A DNA stretch of 64,000 bases from Candidatus Staskawiczbacteria bacterium (GTDB taxonomy: Bacteria; Patescibacteriota; Minisyncoccia; Minisyncoccales; Staskawiczbacteraceae): the NCBI GenBank assembly GCA_963756225.1, contig CAVWMZ010000004.1, forward strand, positions 3,412-67,411, in the 5' to 3' direction. Positions 1 to 12,865 of this stretch are shown piece after piece; position 1 is the first letter of the stretch; every line of letters begins with the position of its first letter. Below the pieces are notes generated by a model that searched no databases, was not told where the DNA came from, and worked only from the letters and a program-made list of their open reading frames with translations. A program made the translations under genes and the position numbers.

Positions 1-2788
<2,788 letters not shown>

Positions 2789-3123
2789 GATATACTTAGC
2801 ATTTGAGTATATAATAGACCTGCTGACTAAAGATTTTTCTACTGCAATTTTAATATTTTGGCTCCGCCAAATAAATTGTTCGTCGGCGTACCGCAAGGGT
2901 ATGCCTCCTCACAATTTTTTCGGCTCGCCTTAAAATCTTAAAATTTCGTTACCGGTCGCGAGATTTATCCGCATAGCGGAAAATCCCGACCTAGAAAACC
3001 TTTAGCCAGCAGGTCTAGATTCACAAGCGTAAGTTTGAGTGTTACTCGTTTCACCACGAGTGCATTAATAGATACAGATTTTAGGTATTTTAAATATTTT
3101 GTATATAGTATAATTCGAGAATT

Positions 3124-3235
3124 TTGTAAGACGGCTATATCGGAGGTGCTCCACCTGTTCCCATTTCGAACACAGAAGTGAAATCCTCCAGAGCCGATGG
3201 TAGTGGCAACGCGAGAGTAGGTCGCCGTCTTACAA
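3124..3235 (+). rRNA. rrf: 5S rRNA
   Basis: Helix I pairs TTGTAAGACGGC with GCCGTCTTACAA. The conserved core CCACCTGTTCCCATTTCGAACACAGAAGTGAAA is present. Length is 112 nt. Confidence 0.9.
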
Positions 3236-3255
3236 AGTTCTTGAATTAAAAAACA

Positions 3256-3282
3256 AAAGCCGATTTTAACTCGGTTTTTTTG
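3256..3282 (+). terminator. Intrinsic terminator after the rRNA operon
   Basis: Short stem (CCGA/TCGG, extended by A-T and G-T pairs) followed by a T7 run. Confidence 0.55.
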
Positions 3283-3361
3283 TTGCAATTAAAATATTTT
3301 GTGTTATTATAATGGCAATCGTAATTTTACGGTTTTGAACCTTAACAAAAAGGAGCGAGCC

Positions 3362-3760
3362 ATGTTTATCATTGATGTAATGATTGGAAATTTTATGAGG
3401 GAAGGGCGAGCACGGAAAGACCTTGAGACCCAGAAAGCCAAAGAAGAAAAAAAATTAAGGATTGAGAAAAGCGAGAAAGAATGGGAAGAATATAACAGAA
3501 AAAGAAATCTGGTTGACCCTCAGACTCGTAAGTATGTTTACCACCTCATTGATCAGTATGGCGATGGTCATCATTTAGAATGCAATAAGTGCCACAACGA
3601 TACATTTATTTGTGAAGTTCAATTTGGTACACTGGCAGATATGAAGTGTTGCAAGTGTGGACAAATTATGAGAATGAGAGATGGAGGCACTAGTGGGCGT
3701 CATGCCACCCTGGATTCATGTAAAGAATGGCCCGTTGTTGCAATTTCACAAAAAAGATAG
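3362..3760 (+). CDS. Hypothetical small zinc-ribbon protein (132 aa)
   Basis: AAGGAG Shine-Dalgarno 7 nt upstream of the ATG. CxxC...CxxC pair (CNKCH...CCKCG). More G+C-rich than its neighbours by eye. Confidence 0.6.
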   Translation: MFIIDVMIGNFMREGRARKDLETQKAKEEKKLRIEKSEKEWEEYNRKRNLVDPQTRKYVYHLIDQYGDGHHLECNKCHNDTFICEVQFGTLADMKCCKCGQIMRMRDGGTSGRHATLDSCKEWPVVAISQKR

Positions 3761-3770
3761 GAGGCTTATT

Positions 3771-4094
3771 ATGGCCGAACACGTAAATAAAACATGTGTC
3801 TGCAGGGCAAAAATAGTTTGCCATCAATACGCTGACACTGTAAATGGAAACCAGCACCTCGTAATTGTTATTGAGAGATCAGCTGGGCCTGAGGGAGCCA
3901 CTTTGTATTGTCCTTTTTGCAGACGTTCGTTAAAAAATAAAAAGCATTCTTGCAACGGCTCCGCAGCTATAAAAAAAGCGGAGAAGAAAAAGGCACGTCT
4001 GCACAAAATATCGCAGCGTATAGACGCTCTGCCCGGAGAAACCGAGAAGGAATACCGTAGGCGCGTTGCGCCATTATCGAAAAGAAAACCGTAA
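3771..4094 (+). CDS. Hypothetical small Cys-rich / zinc-ribbon protein with a basic tail (107 aa)
   Basis: GGAGG Shine-Dalgarno before the ATG. CxC...CxxC motifs and a Lys/Arg-rich C-terminus. Confidence 0.55.
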   Translation: MAEHVNKTCVCRAKIVCHQYADTVNGNQHLVIVIERSAGPEGATLYCPFCRRSLKNKKHSCNGSAAIKKAEKKKARLHKISQRIDALPGETEKEYRRRVAPLSKRKP

Positions 4095-4190
4095 AGCGGA
4101 AATGTCGGCGTTGCAAGCGAGAGCACATGTGCTAAAGCGGATTCAGTAGAATAATTTTATGCCCGAACTTTTGTTGGGGCCTTTTTTTAT

Positions 4191-4458
4191 AATCCTGCCA
4201 AATACTAAAATTTCAGATAACGTCCCGTTAAATAATATTTTTTCACAGAAAAAATATTACCATTTAACGGGATCGTGTCGAATCCTGCCAATCAGTAACA
4301 TTTTTTCCGTGAAAAAATGTTAATTGCCAGGAGGCTGTCTCAAACTTTATTTGCCAGGATGCTTATACCAAATTTGCAAAAGGAAACCCGCTGAGGTAAA
4401 CCACGTTAGAGGTTTATGGGCTTGTTTTGTGATAAAATTTGACCGCAGACCTCTAACG
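4191..4458. repeat. Cluster of three long hairpins plus direct 11-mers upstream of mreC
   Basis: Hairpin 1 is at 4224-4271 (about 20 bp stem, loop CACAG). Hairpin 2 is at 4296-4322 (11 bp stem, loop CCGTG). Hairpin 3 pairs 4404-4413 with 4449-4458. AATCCTGCCAA is repeated at 4191 and 4281, and TTGCCAGGA at 4323 and 4351. Confidence 0.7.
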
Positions 4459-4485
4459 GGGTAAAATAACGTATTAAATAAATCT

Positions 4486-5379
4486 ATGAGAGGTGTTAAA
4501 GATTTTTCTATAAACAAAAAAAGGAAAGGTTGGTCTAAATTTTTGATTGGAGCCGTCGTGGTTTTTTTGATTTTATTTGTTGTTAATTTATTTATTTCTC
4601 CTATTAGAAATTATATTTTTGCCGTATCGGCTCCGGTGCAGCAAACATTTTGGGCTGCCAGTGAGTCATCTGCTACTTTTTTTAATTCATTTTTTCAAGC
4701 GAATTCTCTGGCAAGTGAGAACGAAGATTTGAAAAGCGAGAATCAAAAACTTTTATCTCAAGTTGCCGCATTACAATCTGTAGAACAGGGAAATCAAGCT
4801 CAGAGTGATATATCTGCAGCTTGTCAAAGTAACGGATTTAAAACTGTTATGGCGGGTGTGGTCGGTTTAAGCGATAACGATGTTCTTTCTATAAGCAAGG
4901 GTTCGGCCGATGGAGTTTCAATAGGAATGCCGGTTATTAATCAGCAGAACGTGTTAGTTGGTAAAATTTTTAAGGTTTACAAAAATTTTTCAAACATAAT
5001 GCTTGTTTCAAATAAAAACAGTGTTATAAATGTTAAAGTTCAGCAAAGCAGCCCCGTAATTGCTACCGCTACCGCTACCGCTGCAACTGGTAGCGTGGCA
5101 CCCACGTTACCTCCAGAAATTGACGGTGTGATTAGGGGGGATGGCGGATTGAACGCCCACCTAGACTTAATCCCAATAAGTAGCGATATAAATCCTCAAG
5201 ATGTTTTAGTAACGTCTGCAGTAGAGAAATCTTTTCCTAAAGATTTATTGGTGGCTAAAATTATCCAAAAAATAAAAAATGATCAAAAACCATTTCAGCA
5301 GGCGCAGATAAGTTTATTTTTTGACGTGAAGACGGCCGATAATCTTTTTGTTATCACAAACTACAAACAAACCAATTGA
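4486..5379 (+). CDS. mreC: Rod shape-determining protein MreC
   Basis: N-terminal TM segment, a coiled-coil (ENEDLKSENQKLLSQVAALQ), and a beta-rich C-terminal domain. Sits upstream of mreD and pbp2. Confidence 0.8.
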   Translation: MRGVKDFSINKKRKGWSKFLIGAVVVFLILFVVNLFISPIRNYIFAVSAPVQQTFWAASESSATFFNSFFQANSLASENEDLKSENQKLLSQVAALQSVEQGNQAQSDISAACQSNGFKTVMAGVVGLSDNDVLSISKGSADGVSIGMPVINQQNVLVGKIFKVYKNFSNIMLVSNKNSVINVKVQQSSPVIATATATAATGSVAPTLPPEIDGVIRGDGGLNAHLDLIPISSDINPQDVLVTSAVEKSFPKDLLVAKIIQKIKNDQKPFQQAQISLFFDVKTADNLFVITNYKQTN

Positions 5380-5380
5380 T

Positions 5381-5914
5381 ATGTGGAAAAAAATAGTCGG
5401 CATAATTTTTATTTTTTATATTCTTGCGTTACTGCAAAACAGCTTCTTTGCGCACTTCAGCCTATTGGGGTCCATCCCTAATTTAGTGTTTATCTTTTTT
5501 TTCCTACTTGTTTTCTTTGAGAAGAAAGATAAAAATGGGCGGATGGATAATAATTATTGGATTATCTTTCTAGCAGTAACAGCGGGATTTTTTTTAGATA
5601 TTTTTTCGTATAGTTATTTAGGGCCATCAATACTTTTACTTATGGTTTTAGGTGTTTTATTAAAAAAAATACAATTATTATTGAAAAATAGGGAGAATAA
5701 CTATCCGTTTGTTTATTTTTTGCCGCTTTTCATTTTTTTTATATTGGTTTACGACCTACTTATATGGTTGTATTTTTATTTTTTAGATCCAAGTAAAATA
5801 ATTTTAAGTTTTGGCTCAAAAACTGTTTATGCCGTAATTTACGATTTATTGATAGCAACTGTATTTTTTTATACTTATAAAAAGACCTTATCTTTAAAGT
5901 CAAATTTTAGATAG
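5381..5914 (+). CDS. mreD: Rod shape-determining protein MreD-like polytopic membrane protein
   Basis: Five hydrophobic segments. Located between mreC and pbp2. The ATG lies 2 nt after the mreC stop. Confidence 0.6.
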   Translation: MWKKIVGIIFIFYILALLQNSFFAHFSLLGSIPNLVFIFFFLLVFFEKKDKNGRMDNNYWIIFLAVTAGFFLDIFSYSYLGPSILLLMVLGVLLKKIQLLLKNRENNYPFVYFLPLFIFFILVYDLLIWLYFYFLDPSKIILSFGSKTVYAVIYDLLIATVFFYTYKKTLSLKSNFR

Positions 5915-5922
5915 TATATATT

Positions 5923-7890
5923 ATGTCGAAGATTTACAAAGTTAAAAATTCGCATGTCAATATAGAGCCCCACGAGGTTTTTTTGGATAAGTTGGCTCAT
6001 TCCAAAGAGGAAGAGCTTGGTTTGTCTGAAAAAAAATTTGAAGTCCCTATAAAAGAAAGAATATCTTATCTGCTATTCGGTATTTTTTTTGTTTTAGCGT
6101 CCATTTTGTTTTCAAGAGTTTTCTATTTCCAAATGTTTCAAGGAAAAAAATTATATACTGAAGCTGAAAATAATAAAGGGAGCATAAATATAATTGTGCC
6201 TACGAGGGGCATAATTTACGACAAAAATATGACAAAGCTCGTGCTCAATTCTCCCGATTACGATTTAGTTTGCGATAGGGCTCATTTTTCATTTTCTTCA
6301 GCGCAAATTTCTGGTGAAATAAAAGAAATTGCCGATACTATGGGTTTAACTCCCCAAGATGTTTTTGATAAAATACAAAATACAGACTCTTCGGATGTTC
6401 TTATAGCAGAAAACATAGATCATGATACGCTTTTATTATTAGAGGCAAAAATAGGTGATTTCCAAGGATGCAGAATTCAGCAAAATACCGCCAGAGATTA
6501 TGTTTTTGGTCCCACTTTTTCTCAAGTTCTAGGCTATACGGCCAGAATAAGCAAAAATGAATATTCAACCAGTAGCGGATATGCAATCAACGATTATATA
6601 GGGAAAACGGGTCTAGAAGAATATTATGAGCCATATTTGAGGGGAGTGCCTGGGCAATCAAGGTCCGCAAACTTAAATTCCGGTTTACCGGCGCAGGCTA
6701 ATTCAATAAATAGCGATCAAATTTCGGTGTCACCTCAGCCGGGAGATAATTTAGTGCTTAATATAGATGCTGATTTGCAGCAAAGACTTTATAACGATCT
6801 TGGGGCAAATTTACAAAAATTAGGCGGTAAAAAGGGCGCCGCAGTTGCCATGGATCCGAGAACGGGGGCTATATTGGCATTGGTTTCTTACCCGTCTTAT
6901 GATGACAACGATTTTTCAAATGGAATCTCGGCAGCAGATTATAGTAAAATTATAAATGATCCGTCGCAGCCCCTTTTTGATAGAGCGATTGCCGCGAAAT
7001 ATCCGACTGGCTCTACTATAAAACCCTTTGAGGCTTCTGCCGCTCTACAGGAAAAAATAATTTCTCCCGATAAACAAATTAATGATCCCGGGTATATTTT
7101 AGTTCATAGCCAATACGATCCAAGTGTGGTTTATAGGTTTGGTGGAGTGGAGGCCCATGGATTGGTTGATATGAGAAAGGCCATTGCTGTTTCCTCAAAC
7201 ATTTATTTTTATACAGTTGGCGGAGGATATGGAGACCAGCAGGGGCTGGGTCCTGCTAGAATCAAAAAATATCTTTCTCTTTTTGGTTGGAACCAAAAAA
7301 CGGGAGTTGATTTGCCTGACGAATTTTCTGGGTTTATCCCTGATCCGGCATGGAAAAAAGCAACAAAAGGTCAGGCTTGGTATGACGGAGACACTTATAA
7401 CCTTGCAATAGGTCAATCAGACTTAGAAACAACTCCAATACAGGTGGCCAGCGCTTATTGTGCGATTGCAAATGGTGGAACTTTATATGTGCCACAAATT
7501 GTAAATAGGATAGTTTCTGGCGATTCAACAAAAACCGTTAAGCAGTTTGAGCCGCAAATTATTAGGAGTGGTTTTATTGATCCGGCAAATTTAGAAATTG
7601 TTAGAGAGGGAATGCGAGATGGCGTAGACAAAGACTATGGACTCTCTCGTGTTTTAAACGACTTACCGGTTCAAGCTGCAGCCAAAACTGGAACGGCCGA
7701 AATAGGAATAAAAAACTATTACAATGTTTGGTCGTCGGTTTTTGCTCCATACGATAATCCTCAGATAGTCTTAGTTGTTACGGCCGAAGACGTTCAGGGT
7801 TTAGGAGCCGTAACGCTGCCCGTTGCGCACGACGTTTTAAACTGGTATTTTTCAAAAGATTCTAAATCTCAAGCCTCAACTTCTAAATAA
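5923..7890 (+). CDS. mrdA: Penicillin-binding protein 2 (peptidoglycan D,D-transpeptidase)
   Basis: STIKPF (SxxK), SSN and KTGTA motifs, with an N-terminal TM anchor. Confidence 0.9.
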   Translation: MSKIYKVKNSHVNIEPHEVFLDKLAHSKEEELGLSEKKFEVPIKERISYLLFGIFFVLASILFSRVFYFQMFQGKKLYTEAENNKGSINIIVPTRGIIYDKNMTKLVLNSPDYDLVCDRAHFSFSSAQISGEIKEIADTMGLTPQDVFDKIQNTDSSDVLIAENIDHDTLLLLEAKIGDFQGCRIQQNTARDYVFGPTFSQVLGYTARISKNEYSTSSGYAINDYIGKTGLEEYYEPYLRGVPGQSRSANLNSGLPAQANSINSDQISVSPQPGDNLVLNIDADLQQRLYNDLGANLQKLGGKKGAAVAMDPRTGAILALVSYPSYDDNDFSNGISAADYSKIINDPSQPLFDRAIAAKYPTGSTIKPFEASAALQEKIISPDKQINDPGYILVHSQYDPSVVYRFGGVEAHGLVDMRKAIAVSSNIYFYTVGGGYGDQQGLGPARIKKYLSLFGWNQKTGVDLPDEFSGFIPDPAWKKATKGQAWYDGDTYNLAIGQSDLETTPIQVASAYCAIANGGTLYVPQIVNRIVSGDSTKTVKQFEPQIIRSGFIDPANLEIVREGMRDGVDKDYGLSRVLNDLPVQAAAKTGTAEIGIKNYYNVWSSVFAPYDNPQIVLVVTAEDVQGLGAVTLPVAHDVLNWYFSKDSKSQASTSK

Positions 7891-8073
7891 GTAGAAGTTA
7901 TAAAAAATATTACAGAACCGTTCAATATTGCTGAGCGGTTTTTTGTTTTATCGGATTCTTGTTAAAGCGGTGAATTATATTAAAACAATGTCATATTATA
8001 TAAACGATGTCAACGGTTTACTGCTTTTTGCAATTTTGGTATTATTATATAACATAAATAAAAATTATTACTT

Positions 8074-9541
8074 ATGCCAACAATCGAAGAACTCCGTAAA
8101 ACAAGAATCGAAAAACTAAAGAAGCTTAAAGATGCTGGGTTTTTATCGTATCCAGCGAAAACAAATAGAACTAATTCTATTGCAGAAGTTATAGAGGATA
8201 AGAATTTTAAGAAATTATCGAAAGGCAAAAAACGAATTGTTTTAGCTGGAAGAATAATGGCACAGAGAGGGCATGGCGGCGCTACTTTTTTGGACATAAA
8301 TGATGGGTCTGGGAAAATTCAAGCTATAATTAAGCAAGATAAAATAGGGGAGAAAGGTTATCAATTTTTCTTGGACGTTTTTGATATAGCCGATTTTGTA
8401 GAAATAAAAGGAATTTTGTTTACAACCCAGAGGGGGGAGAAGACAATTGAGGCGGAAGATTATAAAATGCTTTCAAAAGCATTGTTGCCTTTACCAGAAA
8501 AATGGCACGGCTTGCAGGATACTGAAGAGAAACTAAGGAAAAGATATTTAGATATTATCTTTAATCCGGAGGTTAAGGAAATGATTAGAAAGCGGACTAT
8601 TTTTTGGGCCTCAATGAGAGAGTTTTTGGTTGAAAAGGGGTTTTTGGAAGTTGAAACGCCTGTTTTAGAAACAACTCCTGGGGGAGCCGATGCAAAACCA
8701 TTTATAACGCATCATAATGCTCTAGATTTGGATGTTTATCTTAGGATTTCTATGGGAGAATTATGGCAAAAAAGATTAATGGTTGCGGGTTTCGAAAAAA
8801 CCTTTGAGATTGGTAGACAATTCAGAAATGAGGGCATGGATTCAGAGCATTTGCAGGATTACACGCAAATGGAGTTTTATTGGGCTTATGCAGATTATGA
8901 ACAGGGCATGGAGTTTGTTGAAGAAATGTATAAATATATTGCTAAAAAAACTTTTGGAACTTTGAAGTTTAAGATTAAGGGATTCGATGTTGATTTGGGA
9001 AAAAAATGGGAAAAATATGATTATCAGTTCGATAATTGCAAGAGAGACGGGAGTTAATATAGCAGAGGCCGGTTTGAAAGAAATAGAAAAAGCTCTACAA
9101 AAACTAAAAATTGATTATGATAAAAATGGTTTTAATATAACCAGAGCTATCGATAATCTATGGAAATACTGTAGGAAAAATATTTCCGGTCCGGGATTTT
9201 TAATTAATGCGCCAATCGAAGTTTCGCCCTTAGCAAAGAAAAATGAAAAAAATCCAAAAGTTGCGCAAAGATTCCAGGTAATTTTGGCGGGTTCTGAAAA
9301 TGGAAATGGCTATTCCGAGCTTAATGATCCTATTGATCAGGCCGAAAGATTCAAAGAACAACAAAAACTTAGAGAAAAAGGAGACGAAGAGGCGCAAATG
9401 CACGATGAAGACTTTGTTGAGGCCTTAGAGCATGGAATGCCACCAACCTGCGGATTTGGAGTTTCAGAGAGGCTATTTTCCTTCTTAATGGACAAACCAA
9501 GTCGTGATTGCCAGATATTTCCTTTAATGCGACCAAAATAA
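8074..9541 (+). pseudogene. lysS: Lysine--tRNA ligase (class II), one frameshift as sequenced
   Basis: The two track ORFs (8074-9057 and 8987-9541) join into a complete LysRS. The break is near 9005-9020 at A8/A5 runs. Length is 3n+1. Confidence 0.85.
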
Positions 9542-9942
9542 TGAAAAAGGTAATGGTTTTCGGAACTTTTGACGGATTGCATGAGGGGCACTTGGATATG
9601 TTCAAGCAAGCAAAAAAATATGGAGATTATCTTGTGGTAGTTATCGCCAGAGATGTTAATGTTAAGAAAATAAAAAGTAGACCGCCAATTAAAAATGAAA
9701 ATGAAAGATTAGATATTATAAAGAATTGTGATTTAGTTGATGAGGCAACTCTTGGGAACGAGGATAATCCATACAAAATTATCGCAAAAATAAAACCAGA
9801 TGTGATTTGCATTGGGTATGATCAAAATTCCTTTAATGTAAATTTAGAAGATAAATTAAAGGAGCTGGGATTAAGCATAAAAATTTATACTTTAAAACCG
9901 TACAAACCAGACCAATTTAAATCATCTTTAATAAATAAATAG
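9541..9942 (+). CDS. Cytidylyltransferase-family nucleotidyltransferase (RibL/FAD synthase-like)
   Basis: FGTFDGLHEGH (HxGH nucleotidyltransferase motif) in a small 133-aa protein. TAATG overlap with the lysS stop. Confidence 0.6.
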   Translation: MKKVMVFGTFDGLHEGHLDMFKQAKKYGDYLVVVIARDVNVKKIKSRPPIKNENERLDIIKNCDLVDEATLGNEDNPYKIIAKIKPDVICIGYDQNSFNVNLEDKLKELGLSIKIYTLKPYKPDQFKSSLINK

Positions 9943-10000
9943 AAATTACTTCGTAATTTATATAATTAATCGCTCGGTTGAAATGATAAACCGCTCGCTC

Positions 10001-10028
10001 GCAAAATATAAATAAATTTATATTTTGC
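10001..10028. repeat. Near-perfect 28-bp palindrome upstream of serS
   Basis: GCAAAATATAAAT aa ATTTATATTTTGC, with 13-bp arms. Confidence 0.8.
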
Positions 10029-10070
10029 TTCACTCGGATTTTTCACTTCTCCCTCCCTCATAATTATAAA

Positions 10071-11326
10071 ATGTTAGATCTAAATTTTATAAGAGAAAAT
10101 CCGCAGAAAACTAAAGAAGCATGCGAAAAAAAGAATGTTAAAATTGACGTTGACAGAATTTTGGCGCTAGACAAGGGGAAGAGGGGATTAATGACAGAAA
10201 TGGAATTGCTTAGGGCAGAACAAAATAAAATCAGTAGAGGCGGAAAAGATAATAACGTGCTAATATCGCAGGCGAAAGAGATAAAAGACAGAATAAAAGA
10301 ATATTGAACCCAGATTGAAGCAACTTGAAACTGAATTACATGATTTTTTGTTAATGCTTCCAAATGTTCCATTTGACGATGTTCCTGTCGGCAAAGATGA
10401 TTCCGAAAATGTCGTTTTGCGAAAAGTTGGGACGCACCCCGAAATTTATTTTTCATCAGCCGAAAGATTATATGGAATTGGGAGAAAGCTTAGATTTGAT
10501 TGACATAGAACGGGCTGGAAAGGTTTCTGGTTCTCGTTTTGGTTATATAAAAGGGGATTTAGCTTTATTAGAATTTGCTTTGATAAAATTAGTTACCGAT
10601 ACCGTAAAAAAAGATGGATTTGTGCCGGTTATTCCGCCGGTTTTGCTAAAAGACCAAATGGCTCGGGGAACCGGATATTTTGAGGCCGCTGACGAAAAAG
10701 AAGCATATTATCTACCCGAAGATAAAATGTATTTAACGGGTACCTCTGAGCAGTCGTTAGTTTCTATGCATGCCGGCGAAATTTTAAATGAAAAAGATTT
10801 ACCATTAAGATATGTGGGATTTTCAACCTGTTTTAGAAGGGAGGCCGGAAGTTACGGGAAAGATACAAAAGGAATTTTAAGAGTTCATCAATTTGATAAG
10901 TTAGAAATGGTTATATTTTCAAAACCGGAAGATTCTAAAGATGAACACCAATTACTTTTATCGATTGAGGAGAAATTGATGAGATTACTGGGTCTCCCAT
11001 ATCAAGTTATAAATATTTGCACGGGAGATTTGGGTAGGCCGGCAGCCGCAAAATATGATATTGAGGCGTGGTTGCCTTCAGAAAATAAATATAGAGAAAC
11101 TCACTCAACTTCAAATTGCACCGATTTTCAGGCTCGTAGATTAAATATCCGATACCGAGATAAATCTGGAAAAGTTAATTTTGTGCATACCTTAAATGGA
11201 ACTGCTTTTGCAATTGGCAGGATTTTAATAATGATAATGGAGAATTATCAACAAAAAGACGGATCAATAAAAGTACCAAAGGTTTTGCAAAAATATTGTG
11301 GGTTTAAAATTATATCACTACGCTAA
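10071..11326 (+). pseudogene. serS: Serine--tRNA ligase, two frameshifts as sequenced
   Basis: Three track ORFs join into a full SerRS. These cover the N-terminal coiled-coil, LPNVPFDDVPVGKDD, and the class II core. Breaks are near 10300 and 10440. Length is 3n+2. Confidence 0.85.
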
Positions 11327-11345
11327 AATTTACGAATTTAAAAAT

Positions 11346-12110
11346 GGCTCTAGACTAGCAGTCTGTCATGGTATAATGACAAAATGTTAGTAAATAGTCT
11401 CAAAAAATCTAAATTATCGACATTTAAAATTAAAAAAATTATTGAACACTTTTGTTTGGATATTAACGCCTCCAAAGCAGCTCCTCTGGTGGGCGTAAAT
11501 CGCAACACGATAAATTACTGGTACAACAGATTTCGTGTGGCAATTTATGCTCATCAGCACAAAGAATTTGAAAAGATTTTCGGTGAAGCGGAAGTGGACG
11601 AATCATATTTTGGAGCAAGGCGCAAACGCGGATTTCACGGCAAGCTGAAACGCGGACGAGGCACGCAGAAGCAACCGGTGTTCGGAATACTGAAACGCAA
11701 CGGACATGTTTACACGGAAATTGTTCCTAACTGTAAAAAAGACATTCTGCAAAGCATTATCAGAGGGAAAGTAGATAAATCAGCAGTAATTTATTCGGAC
11801 AGCTGGCGTAGCTATGACGGACTTGTTGATGTAGGATACGACAAACATTTCAGGGTTAATCACGGAGACAATGAATTTGCAAGGAAAGGTACAGGTATTC
11901 ACATCAACGGCATTGAAAATTTCTGGAGCTTCACCAAACGTCGACTGGCTAAATTTAATGGTGTAAAAAAGAATTTCGAACTGCATCTTAAAGAGTCAGA
12001 GTGGCGCTACGGAAAAACAAATGATACAATGAAAAAAGAATTGTGGAAAATTATTAAAAAATATTATTAAATTAATCGGCTACTTTGACTAGTCTTGCTA
12101 GTCTAGAGCC
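11346..12110 (+). mobile_element. IS1595-family (ISXO2-like transposase) insertion sequence, copy 1
   Basis: 765 bp. Terminal inverted repeats are GGCTCTAGACTAGCA. A 7-bp direct duplication TAAAAAT lies at 11339-11345 and 12111-12117. Confidence 0.85.
11384..12070 (+). CDS. IS1595-family transposase (228 aa)
   Basis: Three near-identical copies occur in this window. It has an N-terminal HTH-like region and a DDE-type core typical of ISXO2-like transposases. Confidence 0.8.
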   Translation: MLVNSLKKSKLSTFKIKKIIEHFCLDINASKAAPLVGVNRNTINYWYNRFRVAIYAHQHKEFEKIFGEAEVDESYFGARRKRGFHGKLKRGRGTQKQPVFGILKRNGHVYTEIVPNCKKDILQSIIRGKVDKSAVIYSDSWRSYDGLVDVGYDKHFRVNHGDNEFARKGTGIHINGIENFWSFTKRRLAKFNGVKKNFELHLKESEWRYGKTNDTMKKELWKIIKKYY

Positions 12111-12118
12111 TAAAAATA

Positions 12119-12865
12119 ATGGAAATCTCTATTAGCGGTATCAAAATAAATTATCAAGTTTTTGGAGAGGGCAGCCCTTTCTTAATATTGCATGGGTGGG
12201 GATCTAATTCAGAGAGATGGGCTCCCGTTGCAGAGCTGATTTCTAAAAATGGATTTAAAGTTATTGTCCCCGATTTACCTGGCTTCGGAAAGTCTGACGC
12301 ACTGACAGCGCCATGGAATATGAATAACTATATTAATTGGTTGGAAGGATTTGTGAAAGATTTGAATCTTAGGGATTTTTATTTAATGGGCCATTCTTTT
12401 GGTGGAGCATTGGCCGTTAAGTTGGCCATAAAGCATCCGCAAGATGTAAAAGAATTATTTTTAGTCGCAGCCGCGTCTGTTAGAAAAAGAACGGTAAAAA
12501 AGTCAGCCTATAAAACCGTTTCTAGTCTAGCTAAGAATTTTTCCTTCTTACCATTTTATGGATTTTTTCGAAAAGCTTTTTATAAATTTATAATTAGAAA
12601 AAGCGATTATCCATACGTAGAAGGAGTGATGAAGGAGACCTTTAAAAACGTGATTTTCGAAGACCTTTCTCAATTCACGGGTTTTATTAGAACGCCAACA
12701 GTTATTATTTGGGGAGACAAGGATAAATCAACGCCCGTAGAAGACGCATATTTTATGAATAAAAAAATTAAAAATTCTAAACTAGTTATTATAAGTGGCG
12801 CCGGTCATATTTTAAATCGGGAATGTCCTGAGGTTTTAGCTGAAAAAGTATTAGAAAATGTCTAA
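12119..12865 (+). CDS. Alpha/beta-fold hydrolase
   Basis: GHSFGG nucleophile elbow, HGWG oxyanion region, and a C-terminal GAGH. Confidence 0.8.
   Translation: MEISISGIKINYQVFGEGSPFLILHGWGSNSERWAPVAELISKNGFKVIVPDLPGFGKSDALTAPWNMNNYINWLEGFVKDLNLRDFYLMGHSFGGALAVKLAIKHPQDVKELFLVAAASVRKRTVKKSAYKTVSSLAKNFSFLPFYGFFRKAFYKFIIRKSDYPYVEGVMKETFKNVIFEDLSQFTGFIRTPTVIIWGDKDKSTPVEDAYFMNKKIKNSKLVIISGAGHILNRECPEVLAEKVLENV

Noticed and set aside
4191-4458. CRISPR array
   Set aside because: The repeats are irregular hairpins with different lengths and spacing. There is no regular repeat-spacer periodicity. No cas genes are in the window.
7891-10070. T-box leaders upstream of lysS, serS and gltX
   Set aside because: The intergenic regions are too short or AT-rich. 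They lack the conserved T-box sequence and specifier architecture.
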